This document shows, in pieces, positions 56,122 to 60,525 of a stretch of DNA of 60,525 bases. Position numbers and translations under genes: made by a program. The number at the start of each line of letters is the position of its first letter. The first letter of the stretch is position 1. Under the pieces are notes generated by a model. It was not told the origin of the DNA, ran no database searches, and worked only from the letters and a program-made list of their open reading frames with translations. This stretch comes from Patescibacteria group bacterium (GTDB lineage Bacteria > Patescibacteriota > Patescibacteriia > UBA9570 > JAHJKD01): positions 1 to 60,525 of the forward strand of contig JAHJKD010000021.1 in the NCBI GenBank assembly GCA_018822435.1. Reading direction: 5' to 3'.

Positions 56122-57099
56122 ATGCCAGCCTTAGAAAAAGTCAAAGACAAGTTCTCAACCGGATTTTTCCAGTTCATCGCACTCGGAATTCTTTTTGTAG
56201 TCATTATTTTTGTGGAAAAGCAATTTTTCCCTTCTTCCAAAGAACTTGTCCAGTTCAATGTGGTGGGCCGCAGTTCCGTGGTCCTGCCTCTTTTAATGAT
56301 GCTAGTATTCTTTGCCTGGACAAAAGACAAGCTTTTTAAAGTAAAAAAATTCGCTTTCCGGTATAAACAAGCGATTTTCTTTGGACTGCTTCATTTAGGA
56401 GCATTATTTGCCTTTATTGCCCTGAAAAACTTTATTATTTACGATGAGCCGATTGCCCTTGAACATTTTAATCTGATCGTGTTTCTTCGTTATTTACTAC
56501 CGGCTCTTGTGGTCATATTTCTGGCTCTGGCATTATTTTCCCGGACTTTTATCAGACATTTTATCTGGCCGCTTTTGGGTTCGGCCGTACTGGGTTGGAT
56601 ATTTTTTCAATTAAGCCTGTATTTTAAGAGATTTTGGGAAGTTTTTTCCGATGCAGTCGGTTATTCTGTCTTTTGGTTATTACAACTCTTTGGTCAAAAT
56701 CCCACTTTCTCTGAGTCAAATTTCGGGCCGGTAATTGGGTTTCCGGAATTTTCTTTACGCATTGAAGCACCATGTTCTGGCATAGAATCAATTAGCTTGT
56801 TTATTTTTCTTTTTGCCCTGATCGTTATTATCGACCGGAAAAAGCTGATTCCCTGGCGAGCGGTATCAATGTTTGTAATCGGAATATTAGGCGTATTTTT
56901 GGTAAATATTCTAAGAATTTTTATTTTGTTTTTAATTGCCATTTATATTGATCTTGAATTTGCCGTCCACACTTTTCATACTAATGCCGGCTGGATATTA
57001 TTTATCATGTACTTTGGATTGTTTTGGTTTTTTGTTTATGGTTTTATTAATAAAAAACAAATCGATACTAATATTCGACCGTCTGATCTGAAGGATTAA
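56122..57099 (+). CDS. exosortase/archaeosortase family transpeptidase-like membrane protein
   Basis: The start MPALEKVKDKF at 56122 is preferred. The GTG track start at 56065 lies inside repeat copy 3. The protein is polytopic and carries APCSGIES (Cys), NILRIF (Arg) and FHTNAGW (His), in the order expected for the EpsH/exosortase superfamily. Confidence 0.8.
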   Translation: MPALEKVKDKFSTGFFQFIALGILFVVIIFVEKQFFPSSKELVQFNVVGRSSVVLPLLMMLVFFAWTKDKLFKVKKFAFRYKQAIFFGLLHLGALFAFIALKNFIIYDEPIALEHFNLIVFLRYLLPALVVIFLALALFSRTFIRHFIWPLLGSAVLGWIFFQLSLYFKRFWEVFSDAVGYSVFWLLQLFGQNPTFSESNFGPVIGFPEFSLRIEAPCSGIESISLFIFLFALIVIIDRKKLIPWRAVSMFVIGILGVFLVNILRIFILFLIAIYIDLEFAVHTFHTNAGWILFIMYFGLFWFFVYGFINKKQIDTNIRPSDLKD

Positions 57100-57123
57100 T
57101 ATTAATTTTAATGAATATGTTTA

Positions 57124-57144
57124 GCCAGCCTTGGCTGGTTTTTT
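57124..57144. terminator. weak hairpin plus T-run between convergent genes
   Basis: GCCAGCCTTGGCTGG is followed by a T6 run (57139-57144). The stem is short and the T-run overlaps the stop of the minus-strand gene. Confidence 0.3.
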
Positions 57145-58498
57145 AGATTGTATTGTGTTTCTTGTTCAATCGCCCGATCAGCAGGATCAAGCCGATGCCG
57201 GCGCCAAGGGCGAGCATCATGGTAAGGATGGTGAATTCCGGCACGCCACCGCCGCCGCCGCCGTCAAGCTGGTCAGCACCCATGGACCAGGCACCGCCCC
57301 AGGGCCTGGGGTCGCCGTCATAGTCATCATTAATGCCTACAATAGTGGTTCCCAGGTCATTAACTGGCGAGCCAGCCTGGATGTGGAGGTTGCTCGGAGC
57401 ACTGACGAACTGAGGATTTACATCAGTGGAATTGGCGTCTCCGGAAGAAGCTGTCTGCCAGTTGGCCAGCGTTTGCTGGGCGCCGCTGACCCAATAACCG
57501 GCATTAGAACCGCCGCCTTCAAGATAGAAGTCATTGTAATTGGATGCCAGGCCGGAAGTGGAAGCGGCATTATATACGTAAATTCCATAAGCTGCCCGGC
57601 TGGGTATGGAAAAAATATTGTCTCTAATGACGGTGTTGGTGGCTGGAGAGCCCTTGGAGTCGCCCAAATTTACGCCAACATCATTATCAGCAAAACTATT
57701 GTTGACCACGCTATTTGAATCGTCGTAAGCGGTAAATGTCACGCCATTAAGGTCATTGCTGTAAATAAAATTATTGGCGATAGTCACGTTTGACACCGAA
57801 AAACTCACAGTTCCGCCCAATGCAATGCCATCTCCCGCGCCGCCTCCATTTGTAATATTATGAATGGCATTCCGCGTGATGGAAAGGCCGGAAAAACTAT
57901 CCGGTGTTGCGCGAGAACCGTTAATTCCAGCAACTTGGTGGCTAAATATATTATTTTGAGATATAACAATGTCAGTTCCAGACGATATGTTAATGCCGTT
58001 TCCGCTGCTTGATATCGTGTTGTTCAAAATAGTGGCATTATGCGAGTTAGAGCCGATCATAATCCCGTCAAAAATTGCCGTGGTAATAGTAAGATCGCGA
58101 ATAGTCACATTCAGGGCCGGGTTGCCCGCGTCGCCCAGAACGAATCCGTAGAACGCAGTCGGAGGATTTGGCGGATCAACTGTACAGGAATTGCCGGACC
58201 AGTTGTCCCAGGTAGTGTTGTCATGGCCGGCTGAAGAACCAAGAGTGATTTGCTCATTAAATGTTCCTTCGCAATAGATGTTTTCCCCGCTGGTTGAGGA
58301 GGACGCGGCCGTTACCAAAGAGTTACAGGTAGTTGCCGGAGTCGGCGGCAGAGCTTGGCGGATGCAGGGATTGGCGCCGCCCTGGTCTGACACCCATAAA
58401 GCGGCCCAGGATGCCTGAGGCATTAATAAGAATCCGCCCAAAACCATGGCCGATATCAGGATTTGGAGGGATTTTTTTATTTTTAGATCAGCACGCAT
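57143..58498 (-). CDS. secreted parallel beta-helix protein with PEF-CTERM-like sorting tail
   Basis: 451 aa with a signal peptide (..LLMPQASWAALW) and PbH1-like repeats (NNTISSSGNGINISSGTDIVISQNNIF). It ends ...GGGGGVPEFTILTMMLALGAGIGLILLIGRLNKKHNTI. Confidence 0.8.
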   Translation of the reverse strand: MRADLKIKKSLQILISAMVLGGFLLMPQASWAALWVSDQGGANPCIRQALPPTPATTCNSLVTAASSSTSGENIYCEGTFNEQITLGSSAGHDNTTWDNWSGNSCTVDPPNPPTAFYGFVLGDAGNPALNVTIRDLTITTAIFDGIMIGSNSHNATILNNTISSSGNGINISSGTDIVISQNNIFSHQVAGINGSRATPDSFSGLSITRNAIHNITNGGGAGDGIALGGTVSFSVSNVTIANNFIYSNDLNGVTFTAYDDSNSVVNNSFADNDVGVNLGDSKGSPATNTVIRDNIFSIPSRAAYGIYVYNAASTSGLASNYNDFYLEGGGSNAGYWVSGAQQTLANWQTASSGDANSTDVNPQFVSAPSNLHIQAGSPVNDLGTTIVGINDDYDGDPRPWGGAWSMGADQLDGGGGGGVPEFTILTMMLALGAGIGLILLIGRLNKKHNTI

Positions 58499-58518
58499 AG
58501 ATTTATATATATATAAAT

Positions 58519-59832
58519 TTAATTAAGGGCACTATGAGATTTGTTGATTTTGGAAATAAGAATAATTACGCCCAGGCCGGCGAACAGGGCCAGCATAAGG
58601 GTGAAGAGGGTGAATTCCGGGACGCCTGGTTGGTCTTCCAGTCTTTCATCGGCACCAATGTCATAGGCCGGACCCTGGGGCCGGGAAAGGCCCTTGTGGT
58701 CAACCAGGACGCTGGCAATGGTCACTCCCTCGTCAATTGCCGGCGAACCGGCTGATAATCCCAAACCGTCAATTGTAGGATTTTCATATAAAGGATCCTG
58801 GTCAATGGAATTAACAGATTGGCCAGTTAATGTTTGCCAGTGAGCAAGAGAAGTGGCAGTTGTTCCAGCCCATCGGCCGATACTAGCTCCACCAGTTGCA
58901 TATATGTCGTTGTAATCAACCGTCATGGTGCCAGTTGAATTCCCATCAACTACAACCATTTCTCCCGCACCAGCATTGCGGTAGTGGGCATTATTCCGGT
59001 AATTAGTGTTTGAACACGGACCAGCAGCTGTACCAATCTCAATTCTGTTCTGATAAAAGGAATTATTCCAGATATTTACATTACTTGCTGTCGTATGGCA
59101 TGTCAGAGAGGGAAGAAAACTTTGCCCTTGCTGACCGAAATAAGTATTTTTTATGGTCACGTCATCCCAATTATCAATCGCCATGCCGGCTTCAAAATTG
59201 ACTTTGCTGTTTGTGGAAACCGTGCCCTTATTAATGGTTAAGCCGCTGGGATTATTGGTTGCAGGATCAAAAGCATATATTCCATAACCGTCATTATTTT
59301 TAACCTCAGGCCCGATTAAACTGACATCGAATGAACTGGCAATCTCAAAGCCGGCATTATCAGATTTATTAACAGATATGGTTTCCATGACAATGTCGCT
59401 GGCAGCCGCCCGGATCCATACCTCCCGCATAGTATGATCTTTTACTTCAAAATCCTGGATATATATATGATCAGCCGCAAATATTTCAATCCCTTCTTGT
59501 ACAGATCCTCCACCATTAATGACTGGCCTTACTTCACCGGGCCAGCGGATAATGCTTTTTCGATTGGCAGCACTGGCGCCCGAGTCTCCCGCACCAACAC
59601 TAAAGGCTGACAGATTTCCAGATGCCCAAATAGTGTCACTGGCAGTAACTGTTTGAGTCAAAGCATAATTAATTGAAGCGCAGGCGGATGAGGTGGATGC
59701 GCATGACTGGCAATTGCCGGCATCAGCCCCGCCCTGCCAAACGCAAAGAGTGGCTGCTTGAATTAATGTGGGGACAAGCAGTATAAATGCACAAATGAAA
59801 AATAATATTTTTTTTAGAGCGCTTTTTTTCAT
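58519..59832 (-). CDS. secreted parallel beta-helix protein with PEF-CTERM-like sorting tail
   Basis: 437 aa with a signal peptide (..FILLVPTLIQAATL) and a Cys-rich cap (NCQSCASTSSACASINYAL). It ends SRPQGPAYDIGADE...DQPGVPEFTLFTLMLALFAGLGVIILISKINKSHSALN. Confidence 0.8.
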   Translation of the reverse strand: MKKSALKKILFFICAFILLVPTLIQAATLCVWQGGADAGNCQSCASTSSACASINYALTQTVTASDTIWASGNLSAFSVGAGDSGASAANRKSIIRWPGEVRPVINGGGSVQEGIEIFAADHIYIQDFEVKDHTMREVWIRAAASDIVMETISVNKSDNAGFEIASSFDVSLIGPEVKNNDGYGIYAFDPATNNPSGLTINKGTVSTNSKVNFEAGMAIDNWDDVTIKNTYFGQQGQSFLPSLTCHTTASNVNIWNNSFYQNRIEIGTAAGPCSNTNYRNNAHYRNAGAGEMVVVDGNSTGTMTVDYNDIYATGGASIGRWAGTTATSLAHWQTLTGQSVNSIDQDPLYENPTIDGLGLSAGSPAIDEGVTIASVLVDHKGLSRPQGPAYDIGADERLEDQPGVPEFTLFTLMLALFAGLGVIILISKINKSHSALN

Positions 59833-59836
59833 CTTA

Positions 59837-60525
59837 CTAAATGTCTAGCGAACTTCTAATTATTCTATCTACCAATTCTTCAAAACCAATGCCGGCGGCT
59901 TTGGCTGCCTTCGGCAGCAGGCTTGTGCCGGTAAGTCCCGGTAATGTATTTACTTCTAAACAGAACGGTTCCAAGTTGTTGCTCAACCTAAAATCTATCC
60001 GTCCATACGCTCTGCAATCTACAGCTTTATAAGCAAGCAGCGCATCCTTCTGTAAATGCTCGACTACATCCGCCGGAAACTTTGCAGGAACTTCGTATTC
60101 GCTCATTCCGTGAGTATATTTACACTCGTAATCATAAAACGAGTGTTTCGGTTTTATTTCCAGAACCGGCAAACTTTCATTCCCTATTATCCCGACCGTG
60201 ATTTCATGTCCCGCGATAAATTCTTCGATCAACACTTTTTCAGAAAAGTTAAATGCGAGATTGACTGCACCTTCCAATTGCGTATCATTTTCACAAATTG
60301 TGAGACCGATTGCCGAACCTTGATCATTCGGTTTTACCACGCAAGGGAAACCGATATTTGTTTTGACATTAATAAGTAATCGCCGGTAATCACAATCTTT
60401 TTTATTTATTGAAATCCATTTCGGGGTATTTACATTAAAATGCTGCAGCAGCACTTTTGTATGTTCTTTATTCATTGAAATAGCGCTTGCTAAAATTCCT
60501 GACCCGGTATATCGTATTCCCTGAA
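59837..60525 (-). CDS. ddl: D-alanine--D-alanine ligase (N-terminus runs off the window end)
   Basis: The frame stays open upstream of the track Met at 60475. My translation reads ..QGIRYTGSGILASAISMNKEHTKVLL.., which matches the conserved Ddl GIPY.GSG.L.SA..MDK block. The ATP-grasp C-terminus (EVNTLPGLT) is present. Confidence 0.9.
   Translation of the reverse strand, partial: QGIRYTGSGILASAISMNKEHTKVLLQHFNVNTPKWISINKKDCDYRRLLINVKTNIGFPCVVKPNDQGSAIGLTICENDTQLEGAVNLAFNFSEKVLIEEFIAGHEITVGIIGNESLPVLEIKPKHSFYDYECKYTHGMSEYEVPAKFPADVVEHLQKDALLAYKAVDCRAYGRIDFRLSNNLEPFCLEVNTLPGLTGTSLLPKAAKAAGIGFEELVDRIIRSSLDI

Noticed and set aside
57131-57718. 195-aa plus-strand ORF rich in Gly/Ala
   Set aside because: It is antisense to the beta-helix gene 57143..58498. 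Open frames on the opposite strand are expected in this locally GC-rich stretch, and it shows no independent motif or start context.
1-60525. Alternative genetic code (UGA recoding, as in some candidate phyla)
   Set aside because: Conserved proteins end cleanly at TGA as well as TAA, for example the ATGA stop/start overlap at 44463-44466. Recognisable enzymes such as pyrG, murA, ahcY and gmd are full length under code 11.
1-60525. Prophage, integrase, IS transposase or defence-system genes
   Set aside because: No ORF shows recombinase, transposase (DDE), nuclease/helicase or toxin-antitoxin signatures. All large ORFs are accounted for by housekeeping, glycan or surface-protein functions.

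Overview
This is an AT-rich, tightly packed bacterial segment read with the standard genetic code. Gene content suggests a small-genome CPR/Patescibacteria-like organism, but that is an inference I cannot verify here.

Bases 1-12,500 are housekeeping genes:
- an FtsB/DivIC-like gene that is missing from the ORF track
- mraY, a NifS/IscS desulfurase, rpmA, pyrG, a DUF1846 protein, rplI, an S41 peptidase and murA

Bases 12,500-56,000 form one very large cell-surface glycan locus:
- dTDP-rhamnose genes (rfbA, rfbC, rfbB, rfbD), interrupted by ahcY and a PfkB-family kinase
- GDP-fucose genes (gmd, fcl) and a UDP-glucuronate-epimerase-like SDR
- about five GT2 and five GT4 glycosyltransferases
- five polytopic GT-C/PMT-like membrane proteins
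- three Wzx-type flippases
- three sulfotransferases
- a module made of a glycerol-1-phosphate dehydrogenase, a cytidylyltransferase, two CDP-alcohol transferases, an alkaline-phosphatase-family protein and a mini-kinase

The right end (53,400-59,800) carries an exosortase/archaeosortase-family gene flanked by three secreted beta-helix proteins. All three share a GVPEF-TM-basic (PEF-CTERM-like) tail. A partial ddl follows at the window edge.

Beyond the genes:
- A GC-rich twin-hairpin repeat family (GAAAGCGGA...TCCGCTTTC) occurs at four loci with compensatory stem changes. One copy sits in frame inside a GT-C gene.
- A second hairpin family appears once as a terminator and once inside that same gene.
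- Several operon-leading genes have -35/-10 boxes only 7-11 nt upstream of the ATG, which suggests leaderless transcripts.

I found no tRNA, rRNA, CRISPR array, IS element or phage genes.
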